From positions 37,882,001 to 37,946,000 of the forward strand of contig OZ287753.1 of assembly GCA_965649765.1 (NCBI GenBank): a stretch of DNA of 64,000 nucleotides, given 5' to 3'. The notes below the pieces were generated by a model. The model had not been told where the DNA came from and ran no database searches. It was given only the letters and a program-made list of their open reading frames with translations. The DNA is from Bispira polyomma. Taxonomy: Eukaryota. Shown in pieces: positions 25,001 through 37,000 of this stretch (positions are counted from its first letter, which is position 1; every line of letters begins with the position of its first letter). Position numbers and translations under genes: made by a program.

Positions 25001-28000
25001 CTGAACGATATATTAGATATTTATCTTGTATTACACTTCTTTTTTTTTTAAATAATAAATACAGCTGTTTATATGACAACTAAGATTAGCACTTAACATA
25101 CACATATGTATATACATTGTGTGTATATATAGATATATATATTGATACACTTAGAGTTTAATATGTTACATAAGATCATATATATAGTAAGACTAAAATA
25201 AAGTCATGTCTAATATGTGTTATATACATCTATTCTCAATGAAATCCTTGTAAAAAAACAGGAACAATTGAAGAAGCTGCTGACCAACTTGTACACTACT
25301 CATCCTCACTTCGTCAGATGTATTATTCCTAATGAAATGAAACAGTCAGGTATTGGACTGCAACCCCAAACCTTATGGAACACCAACCTCCTCTTATCTC
25401 TCAATCTCAATCCCAAACACATATACAACAGCAACAGATATATATATATATACCCATCTGATATCCTTACATCATACTGTAACACTGCTTGAGAAATATT
25501 TACATGTATGGAACCATTGAGGGAAAACAAGCCCTCAAAAAGCATTGTAGAATTCACTGGGCCATGACGCGGCCATATTGGATTTGGTCTAATGAATACA
25601 TGTAGCACTGAAACCCCAAATGCTGTGATATGTGGATAGAACTTACTTTCAATATGGCCAGTCCCAGTGAATTCTTCTAGAGTTTTAGCCGCCCAAAACC
25701 TTCCATGATGCCATTGTTATAGTATCCCAAAGCTACCTGCTGCAGCACAGTGTACCAAATGAGCATAACGTCACCCCCTCCACACCACTTCACCACCCCC
25801 AGATTGGAACCAACTAACCACCCTGTATGGATCCATACCCTTTAAGATCTCCTTACAGCTTTCCTATACAGCATGAAACCATTCATACATATATTTCCAC
25901 AGATTCTTGTGATATATATGTTTGCCAACCTGGAAGAACTTCCCACATAAGAGGCGATACTTCAATGTTTTTCTTTAAAGCATCCATGTTTGAAATTCAC
26001 TCAAAGTTTTAAATTAATTAATCACATAATATAGGTGTCTTTTATTAAAGATAAGAGATACTAGTCAAAATTCATTAAAACTTGGATTTTGTGGATGCTT
26101 AAAAGAGAACCTCTTTATCGTCATATTGAGGGATTAATATAGCTTCAAAATGTGTTCCTTCGGTTTGAGCCTATATATGTCCCTTCCATAGAGAAAACCT
26201 TTATCAATTACTATTTATATGTATATACAGAGAAAAATAGCCAATGATATTGTATGTGACATATCATGTATTTGTTGTAATACCTTCTTACCACTAGGAA
26301 TCCCTAAACAAACTGATGAAGAACCTCCACACCACACACCCCCACTTTGTTCGCTGTATCATCCCCAATGAACTGAAACAATCAGGTAACCAATCTGGCT
26401 TGACGAGTGTGAAACCCCAAAGAAATGTGAACCCACTTCTTCCTACACCTTAAACCATCCCACACACACCACCACCACCAATTTACCAGAAAAATCTCTA
26501 CCTTACCCTACCATTCCTTACCATTTAGAAGAGAAAAACACCCTATATATTGTACATTGTCTACCCACTCCTTTTCCTCAAAACACCATCATATTATTAA
26601 AGATTAAATTTTATATTGTAAAAATTGTGAAAGAGATAATGTGCTGTTTATTATTTCAAAATTTTAAAACTTACAACTTTTGTAAACTGTTTATTTTCTT
26701 CCTCAGATGCACATGATCTCAAAATGATTTTGGAAAAGAGAGGAAAATTATCCCACACCCTACCCTCATATGTGTAGCTTTTCTAAATCACCCATGGATA
26801 CCTTTTTTCTTAATGTGTGTACCCTTTATATCACATGAAGCACCTCACTCTTTTTTACCTACAACATTGTTAACCTTATTATACCTCTATTTTCCTGTGT
26901 GTCTCTTACAGAAAGTACCCCAAAAAAATGTACCTGTTTAAACCATAAAAGGAAAGAACCCTCTCCTCCAATCCTACAACCTTTCTCTATAAATGCGTGT
27001 GTCACCTGGTTCCTTTCTCAAGTGTATATTTCAGGACCTTTAGGTGCAGAGTGGAACAAAGAGATCACTGCTACAAAACCGTGTGGACCAATAGATTTCC
27101 TTGATACAACAAAGTGTCTTTTTCCCCACCGCCTTCTCTACTCCTACCTAAACCTTCCTGTGATTGGATGACCATGGGTGTCTTCCTCCTGTTTATATAT
27201 TTGCACACTGTGTCTATTTAAGGAATAACCCATTCAAAACCAGCGATATATATACAGGGAATTTTATTATGATTTGAGGCGTAGGAACATAAAGATAAAG
27301 ACTGAGTGTGTCCAAACTCCAAACGTGGTAAATTCCGTGTATATTTCCCTGGTTTTAAATATGTTATTACTATTCTAATATGACAGCTTCCAATATATTT
27401 CCTAGGTCTTGCTTATTTCATCGAGGACTATTTAACTCTATAGCATTATGAGGAAAACAGGCTTTTCTGTTCCTGTGTGTAGTTCTAGAATTATGGCATA
27501 CCTTTACACCAATCAGAATCAGCGACACAAGCTTGTCATGTTAGAATTATCATTCTTACCTTCCACCCAACCCCAAATGCACACACCTTCTGTTTTTATT
27601 TCCCCCCACCCCTGTGAAATGTACCCTCTTTTTGATATAAAAGGTATATATATATACCAGATACACACACCCACACATGCATGTTCCACTGTTGAGTGTG
27701 TAGAATCTTCTGTAGGAATCCCTAAATAAACTGATGAAGAACCTTCAAACCACCCACCCTCACTTCGTCAGATGTATCATCCCTAATGAGTTCAAACAGT
27801 CAGGTAAATGTACCCTGTCAGCTGTGTGAACTAGTGTTTATTTTATTTTGTATTTACTGGATCGAGACTTTGTTTGACAATTGGCTTACTCGACAAACTA
27901 CATGGATGTGCTATGGTCTTGGCCATGCATTTGGTCTCAGCCACGTTGACATTTACATCAATGTTCTACTTTGATATTTGCCTAGTAGCTGTGACACTAA

Positions 28001-31000
28001 AACCTGGCCACTGCCATAAACATCTGTGTGTTTCTGCTTTTAGAGAATCTAAGGCCTAAAATTTGTACTATACTTCCAGTATTTGCAACCCTTAAAGCAC
28101 TTTTTTTGGATCATTACAGTTTTATCAGTGTTGGTATTCATTATAAAATATTTATATGCTGTAGACTCTTTCTAACTAGAATTATTACAAATTCCTCTAA
28201 ACCTACAACCAATATTTTTTTGGGTCCTAACATTCAATAATTATCTAATTGATAATTAGGTATACCTAGAAGTTAGCTATCAGCAGAACCACATCTTGTG
28301 GGTTTTCAACATTCAACACAAAATCTACCCTCAAAATAACTCCTCATTTTTTGGTGTGGGAGAAGGTGCAAATTTTAGGCTGCTAACTCTTTCAACATTG
28401 ACAAATGACAAGAAAATGATTTAGACTGTTGATGTGTGTGCAGTGCAGTGAAGCATGGTGTATGAAGGTTATGTGTTTACAAACCTTTTTAGTGTGTAAA
28501 AACTGTATAATTTCACTAGACTGAACCGACCCTCTCCTTTTCTACTGATGCTTTTTTTACACTAGTAAAATAAGCTACTAGTTATAAGGGTGACAAACCC
28601 AAAAAAGTGTGTGACACAAAGTGAAATCTAAAACAACCATTATATGCATGTGTATACTACTTCTCAATAGGAATCTCTCAATAAATTGATGAAGAATTTA
28701 CATATGACCAATCCACATTTTGTGCGATGTATCATACCAAATGAACTGAAGGAATCAGGTACACTGCTGTACATATAGATGTACATACTACTATATATAT
28801 ACATATATATATTCTATATCTGTTACAGTAGTTTGTCATATATGCTTAGCAAATATTCATCATTAATTATTATTATTCCAGCCACCTTTATTCTATTACT
28901 AGAATAAGTTTAGGTTGTAGCTTTTCATCTTGAGTTTGCCAATGATCTTAGCTTTACTTTCAAAGTTAAAGGCAGTTTCGAAATTTGTGTTGTTGTTTTT
29001 TAGAGTTTGTGCATGCCATTATTACATAAACAATGGGTAAATGCCTTGCAAACTAAAATCAGCAGCATCCACATTGTTTTTGTCTCTTTTCGGGTTATGA
29101 TCTGTTACAATTCCTGTTACTCAAGATACTTTTGCTGCTAACAACACACTGTCAGAAGATGTCTGTAATTTCATATATTTATCTCTGCAGTGTTAAATTT
29201 GCTTGGCCTGATATTTGATCTAAGTATTAATAAAACCTACACCACTACCAAACATAAATACATTTTAACTATTTTGTTGTTTAAGTTTCATTAATATATG
29301 TTACCCTAAATATATCTAAGACATAACAAAGTTGCAATTATTTGAACTAACTAATGCGAGGGTGCATAATACATATATTTGTTTTTAATGATATGTTACA
29401 AATATATGCTTTTACTGATATGCAGCAGCATGGATGCGGAGACTATTGAAAATTGTGCACCAAAGTGAATTGCACCTTTGATTTGTTTTGCTTTTTGTTC
29501 TTGTTATTTTTTCGTGATAAATAGAAAACCTTGATATACATCTTTATATCAAAACCTTGATATACATCTTTATATCAATCAGGTATACTAAGTACAGCTA
29601 CACATTCTTTTAAATCTGCTGGTCTATTTTACCTAAAAATTAAAAATTCAACTAACTGACTAAAACTCAAAAACCAACCCAGTATATACTGATGAATTAT
29701 CTGGTATATATGTAACACATTTCACTGCATACATGAATATATGCCTTTAGCAGAAGTATAACAGGTAGTTTCATAGGTTATTGAAGAGTCAAGAAATTAA
29801 TTATTAACATTAAAGCTCCAGGGGGTGGCTCGTTGTTTAGTGGTAACACCATGCCTCCCACCTCTATAGCCATGGGTTTGAACCTCGGCTCCAGCATATA
29901 TATATATATTTGGGTGGGTCAGTTGGCTGTTGGCTAGCTGAACGTCGGTGGATTAAACAGCAGGAAACCAACTTATCTGTACTAGTTTCCTCCACAAATC
30001 AAAAATTATGTTGAAACCCAAAAATAATTGCATACATTTCTAGCTCCATTCAATGTTATATAAATTTAAGCTAACTCCAAACATATTTTCCTTTTAGGAA
30101 TGATTGATGCTCATTTGGTACTGCATCAGCTGCGTTGTAATGGTGTGCTGGAAGGAATCCGTATCTGCCGCAAAGGTTTCCCCAACAGGATGATCTACTC
30201 TGAATTCAAACAGAGGTAGTGTAATCTAGTTATGTGTCAAAGTTTTCAAATATTTCTGGAATTAATTCCTTTCGGTGAAAATATGAACATTACATATTAA
30301 TGTTTAATTGACAACCGATCCAGTTGATGCTAAATATGATCTGTCAGTTTATTGTGTCTACTTCTTATCCAAAAATGGCACTAATCCCACAAAATATGCA
30401 CATTTGCAAAAGAGGTTTCACTCTGTTTTAGATTTTTTCTGATCAAGTTTTGTTCTTTAACACATGATTAATACCAATGTTATTACATGAAGAACACCTT
30501 ATATATTTGGTATACTGATAAAATCAGAGGTATTTGGGGTATATAAAAATATGAAGCAAAATATAAATGTGGGTAGCATAGAAATGAGTTTTTAAAACAC
30601 TAATAGTTCGAACTACGGATTTTTTCTTCAATCCGGTAAATACTCCATGTTATCTGCCATTGCTTATCAGACCTACCTATTGTAGTGGAGTCGCTCTATT
30701 CTGTACACATCCATGCCTATTCTAGTTCATACTAAACAAAAGAAGCGGGGCACATATAAATTAACTGATTTATTTGAACTCAAGCATTTACCTTTTACTG
30801 TTAACATATTTAAACACAAGGGTATAACAGGAAATAAAATCTAATCTTATAGTTCTTTGTTTGTTCCCACTTTTTCGAGCAGTATAATGTGATGAAGGGT
30901 TTGTTTGACAAGGCATGGGGTTTTACCTACTATTTCATAACTGATACTCTCGTTTGTGTTGCAGATACTCCATTCTGGCTCCCAATGCCATCCCCCAGGG

Positions 31001-34000
31001 CTTTGTTGATGGCAAGGTGGTGACTGACAAGGTACTGGGTGCTCTACAGCTGGAGCAGAATGACTACAGACTGGGCCACACAAAGGTCTTCTTCAGAGCC
31101 GGTGTTCTGGGTCAGCTTGAGGACTGGCGTGATGAGCGTCTCAGCAAGATCATCTCTCTCTTCCAGGCTCATATCAGAGGTTATATCATCAGGAAGAACT
31201 ACCAGAAACTCCAGGTATTTTACCCATACTATATTATAGACCTCCAAATGGCATTACCTGTTCCAACATAGGATAGTGCAATCCTCCTCTTACACTTAGA
31301 AAGCACCTACAATCAAACAACACAAAAACTTGCCACAAGAACAAGCTAGATAATGCAATTTCATGGCTGCCACTACAATTGGAATAGAAACAAGTTAGCA
31401 GTTGATGTTAGATCCAAATCTGATCTACACACTTTAGAAAGAAACCTATCACTTTAGCCAAGCCTATCATCCTTCTGAAATGTAAACTGTAGTAACTATT
31501 ATAATTCTGTAGGAAGAGTGGACTGTAAGTCACTTAATTCTGAATAAATTTGATGTCCACTACAGGACCAGAGGTTGGCCTTGAGCGTAATCCAGAGGAA
31601 CATCCGCAAATGGTTGACCCTGAGGAACTGGCAGTGGTGGAAGCTGTACACCCGCGTGAAGCCTCTGCTGAGCATCGCCCGCCAGGAGGATGAGATGAAA
31701 CAGGCTGAGGAGAACTTGATCAAGGCCAAGGAAGAACTAGAGAAACTGGGCAAAATCAAGAAGGAGCTTGAGGTGAGTTAGGGGCATTGGTGCTCACAAT
31801 TATAATCTTATTGGTCATTGCATGAGGGCATCAAACTGTATGAAGCAATCTCATTGGCTAAACTGAATTAGAATGAGTTATAAATGAATTACAGACATTG
31901 GTAGTCATAGTTTTAATTCTTAGTTAGAAGTGAGTTCCAGACATTGGTATTTGTAATTGTAATTCTGATTCTGCACACCTTTTTGTACCAACAAATGCCA
32001 TAGCTTGCATCAAACTGCATCAAGCAATCTCTTTGGCTAAACGGATAAAAAAAGGAAAATTTCAGCCCTGAATTGAAATGTGCACTCAGATTTTAAACTT
32101 AACTGGCGAGAGATTTGGAGACCTCAGAGTTGACCTGGAATCTGAATTGAGCTTGATTTTATGAAAATATTTCCACAGACAGGCAGTATGTATTTGCCCT
32201 CTGAGCCGTCAGTCAGAATTATTTAACTTCACTCTAGGCAGAGATATTAAGAACTTAACCTTGAAAATACAGCCACAGACAGACAAGCTGTGTATCTAAT
32301 TGGTCTATGTGTACACATTACAGGAACAAAACGTGACCCTGTTGCAGGCGAAGAACGATCTGTTCTTAGCACTGCAGTCTGAACAAGACAGCCGTAATGA
32401 GTGTGAAGAGAAGGTGGTCGCACTGGTCGGCCAGAAGGCTGACTATGAGTCCCAGATCAAGGAACTAGAAGAGAGGTAAGGGCAGTTGTTTAAACTATAG
32501 CTAATACTGGTAAGGCGAGGGATTTTTTTTTTAGAATTTAATTTGTATTTGTTCGGGTTTTACATCGCCTTCAACAGCTGTGGTCATATTGCGATGGCCA
32601 GGTTTAGTGGTGGGGAAAACCAGTGCTGAAGCCCTGTACACCACCAATCTACAGCAAGGACCTAATAATAGGACTTGGAATATTAGAAAATTTATCTTAA
32701 TTAATTTGAACATAAAAATGAGTTTCAGTTTCATTGATAAAGTATGGCTTTAAGTATTCACAAGGTAAAAGATGCAATTAGTGTGTTTGCACACCCATAC
32801 AGAGTTAAGTTGGGAACCTCCCTAGTATATACCAATGCTGGCTTATTAATCACTAATGCCTGACCAGTTCAGTTCATTATCTCTAGGGAATTGTATTAAT
32901 GGTTAAAAGTGTCAAGTTGGTTAGAGCAATGTGTACTGATCGCACATATACAGGTGTGACCAGGATGAGAGTGCTCAGGAAGCTTTGGAAGCCCAGAAGA
33001 AATCCATGGAAGCAGCTGCCGACAAACTTAAAACAGAAATCCAGAATCTTGAACTTAATGTCCAGAAGGTTTGTGGTCACCATACGTCTACGCCAGTGAC
33101 CCAACCTGTTTCTAGCAAGAAAGGAAGAACCTCTATTATTTTAACCAGCTCGGTCCAGTCCAACTTTTTGTGTATATGGTAGACTCTTTTTATAAAAAAT
33201 ATCTTAAAAATTGGGTATTCAAGGGTAGGAATTAATCATTTTGGTAGAGTAAATATGGGGTTCATTGTTGGTAATTCTGGATCCATATTCTCCAAGAAAA
33301 CTCACCTGAAGTGAAGGCTATGCGTAACATCTGTATTAGGAAATAACCTACACTTGTGACCATTCATTTAATTCAGAGTTCAGCTCTAAATTTAAATATG
33401 CAGTCAGATTTGATGAATGTTTTATTTCACCGGAGAGATTTTTTGTCTGAGATGAACTTGAGATATTTGTGGAGATCATAGAAATCTTGATATACTAGAG
33501 GTTCTTCTCTTGCATTTCCATAATGCCATCACCTGGATGCTTCTTTATCATGACAGTCAATACTTACTGTATGTCTTCGGTTTGTACCACCAACACACCT
33601 ATTGTCACTCATCTTTTCTCCAGTTACTGAATACTTCTAAAAACGGTAATTTCTGGCTTTTCAAACCTACTCTTACAATTCCTGTTACCATTATTAAACA
33701 TTTTTTTTTTTTTGTGTTTTATTTTGCCATTTGCAGAAATCTTTCTACCTTTACGTTATTCCACTAATGTTTTCTTTGTTTCAGCATTTTACCATCGTCT
33801 GAATAATATAATGTTGTTTCCTATTTACATATGTTTTTTGCCCCTCCTTTATATATTGCCATATCATTATAAATAACAACAAGTGTTTTGAGTCGTATCA
33901 ATTAGCTATATATGGAGCCACAAAAATAATACTCAAACCTGATGTCAATGCAATTACACTACAAATTATCTTCAGTTGGCTGCAAGCATTTGTTAAACTT

Positions 34001-37000
34001 TAAATATAAAATTAACTATTTTTGAAAATAATAATATTTGAAATGAACCTTATATCATATTAAGTGTGCCTGTTTCTTATTTTATTGATGTCATTACAAT
34101 GCAAACTGAAACATGTAAAAAATTACGAGGTTTCATTTTAGACATGCTTCAGTTTTTTTCTCAATTGATACTCTGAAATAATCATACATTGCCTGCTTTA
34201 TGGACCCTTCTCTCATTTTTCATGCCCTATCTTAATTCTTTGCCCAAATACAGCTATACTTACCAGTTAACAATTAACCTTAAGGATCACCTAATATTTC
34301 TATAACACCTGCATTTATCCACCGTTGCAACTGTTGTATGAACCCTCTAGAGTTAATGAGGAAGAGGGCACTAGCGAAGCCCTCGAGGCTGCCAAAAGGA
34401 GGATGGAGGAGGATTGCGACAAACTTAAGACCGACATAGAGACTCTCGAGCTAAACCTCCAAAAGGTGGGTGTGTATGTAACCTGGAGAGGTCATACAGA
34501 AGGTCACATACTGCACTTGATGTGATTACAATTACAGCAGCGTTTGTACCCCTAGTTATCACCTGTCCTCCCCTACCTACCCACCCCCCACTCAGTTGAG
34601 TAAATGCATCACACATTTGTTTTTGTGTGTATACAGTAGAATGGCTATAGTTCAAACATCTTGGAGGAATAAGAAATTATTTTGAAAACTAGAATGTCAC
34701 ACAATGGAAGACATTATGATATAGCTTTGGCTAGGAGAAAAGAATTTACAAAAATTAATTTGGGGTAATATGATAATAGGAATTCTGCTGTATTTCATTC
34801 ATTATACTTTTTTTACAGGGACAACCAACTGGCAACAAAAGACTTTGAATGACCTTTGATATTATCTCCTTTCTCTTACATTGAACACCTCATTTTCTTT
34901 TTCTGTTTGCATTCAGTTTTTCCATTTCTATGTTACTGTTTTTTTCTCCTATGTTTTTGTGTCTCTTTATTCCATGTATGCTGCAAATCTCACCTGGTTT
35001 TATATAATTTTATACCATCCACAAATATTTCTCACTTTTTTTCACCCATAATCCCCCAATTTTGTGTTTTGTACCTGTTTGACCCTCTGTATAGAATTTC
35101 GGAAGAAGAATGTAACGTTGAAGAACTAGAGGTTGAAAAACGCAAGGTTGAAGAAGAATGTGACACTCTCAAAACAGACATTGAGAACCTAGAACTTAAT
35201 CTACAAAAGGTCTGTCTTGTCTGTGGATGACACTGACTGGGTCAACTTGGCTCTCCAGAAAAAACTAGTTGTAAATTTTCTGTTTGTCTATGATTTCAAC
35301 CATTAAATGGCTTTAGTGAATATTTGTTTTTGTTCCAAGCTCTCCGATATAGTGTAATGGCCAATACAACGTAGCAACTGGTTTTGTTGTTTTTTTTAAT
35401 TCTAAATTTGACTTGTTGTTGTTGCACATGTTATCTCTGCATACCAGCCACTGATTGTAAACATATCAGTTATCATAAATATATGCCATTTTACACTGTT
35501 TTATCCTGCATGATGATTTTATCCCCATATATGATAAGTGACCTGAAGAAGATATTAAAAATGAGGTAATACCTGTTGAATATATACAGTTTATACATTT
35601 CATTAAAAATACATTTTAAATTTTTGAATAGATGTAATTATAATTACCGTAAGTGAAAGAATGTGTAATCCCCACATAAAATTTTGAAAAAGTATTTGGT
35701 TAAATAAAAATGGAAATGTGGTTTAGAATAAATTAAATATACCAAATGAAAAACAAAATCACAAGTGCAGTATATATCTATAATTTATATCCATAATTTA
35801 GCACTCATTCGAAATATTAAATCAATAAAGTTAAGTTTTGTAAAGTTTATACTCTATCTTTTTCTGGGAAATGCAAACGGAAACTTTGGTGTAGAATCTA
35901 AAACAATAAATTCTGTATATACTCGTGTAATGGGTGAAATAAAAATAAAAAATTATTGAAAAATGATATAAAAAAAATTGGCAGTAATGTTCAGAAAAAT
36001 GCAAGACGTTAATAGAAATGATTCTGAAAATACAGGTTGAGGAAGAAAAGAAGGCCCGTGACAACCAGATCAAGACCCTGAATGACGAGATGGCTCGCCA
36101 AGACGATTCCATCGCTAAACTGCAGAAAGATAAGAAGAATATGGATGAGAACCTAAAGAAAACTCAGGAGGATCTGCAGAGCGAGGAAGACAAGTGTAAC
36201 CATCTGAACAAACTGAAGCAGAAACTCGAGGGCAACATTGATGAGGTAAGGATCTGGATTAACTAGGGGGAAACATTGATGATTGGAGTGTTAATACTAT
36301 AAGTAGTACTAGTAGCTATCTGAATTAAGGTAGTGATATTTTTGGGAGTTCATAGTGGTTTGGGAGTTCATAGTGGTTGAGGAGTTATTCTGAAGCAAAA
36401 ACTGGAGGGCAACGATTTTAAGATTTGCATCTGAATTAGTGATACCTATTTTCATTGTTTCACCTGTTCTGTGAAGTTTTTCAAGCTCCTTCTCTTTTTT
36501 TACAAATATCATCTCCACACTGATTACCCTAGCTATTTTAGCCCATACATCAGATTTTACAGTTTGTTAAATGATCTGGTTTAGCTCATGTAGTCTTGGA
36601 GGTCAGATTGCCACATGATTTCCTTCAGCACATCGGGAATATTGCTTCCTCTGTTGCAAAATGGTTATGCTTTACATTCTATGAGCTGAGACTTGCGTCC
36701 CGTGTATTTTTAAGTATGATCAATCTAAACATTATAATAATTTCTGTGAACAGCTTGAAGACAACTTAGAGCGTGAGAAGAAGCACCGTGCTGATGTTGA
36801 GAAGGCCAAGAGGAAGCTGGAGAATGACCTCAAACTGACCCAGGAAAATGTAGAGGACCTTGAACGTCTAAAGCGTGATCTTGAAGAGAACGCAAGAAGG
36901 TTCGTAGTATATGCGTCTTTTTTTTGTGTCCGTTTAAAAAATATACTTTTACTTGTGTCAAGTAATTCTTGCATATTTATTTACCTATGTCTACGTTATT

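Noticed and set aside
24705-25083. ORFs with X runs
   Set aside because: Artefacts of the N gap.
29525-29590. Extra exon-16 copy suggested by caatcag|gtatac
   Set aside because: Upstream sequence is a 26-bp tandem duplicate with no HFVRCIIP coding.
29825-29900. tRNA gene
   Set aside because: Only degenerate A/B-box-like motifs, no cloverleaf, followed by SINE-like body.
35535-35570. Fourth exon-21 copy (ctgaagaagatattaaaaatgag|gtaat resembles LKxDIxN)
   Set aside because: Too short, frameshifted, and lacks an acceptor and the LELNLQK end.
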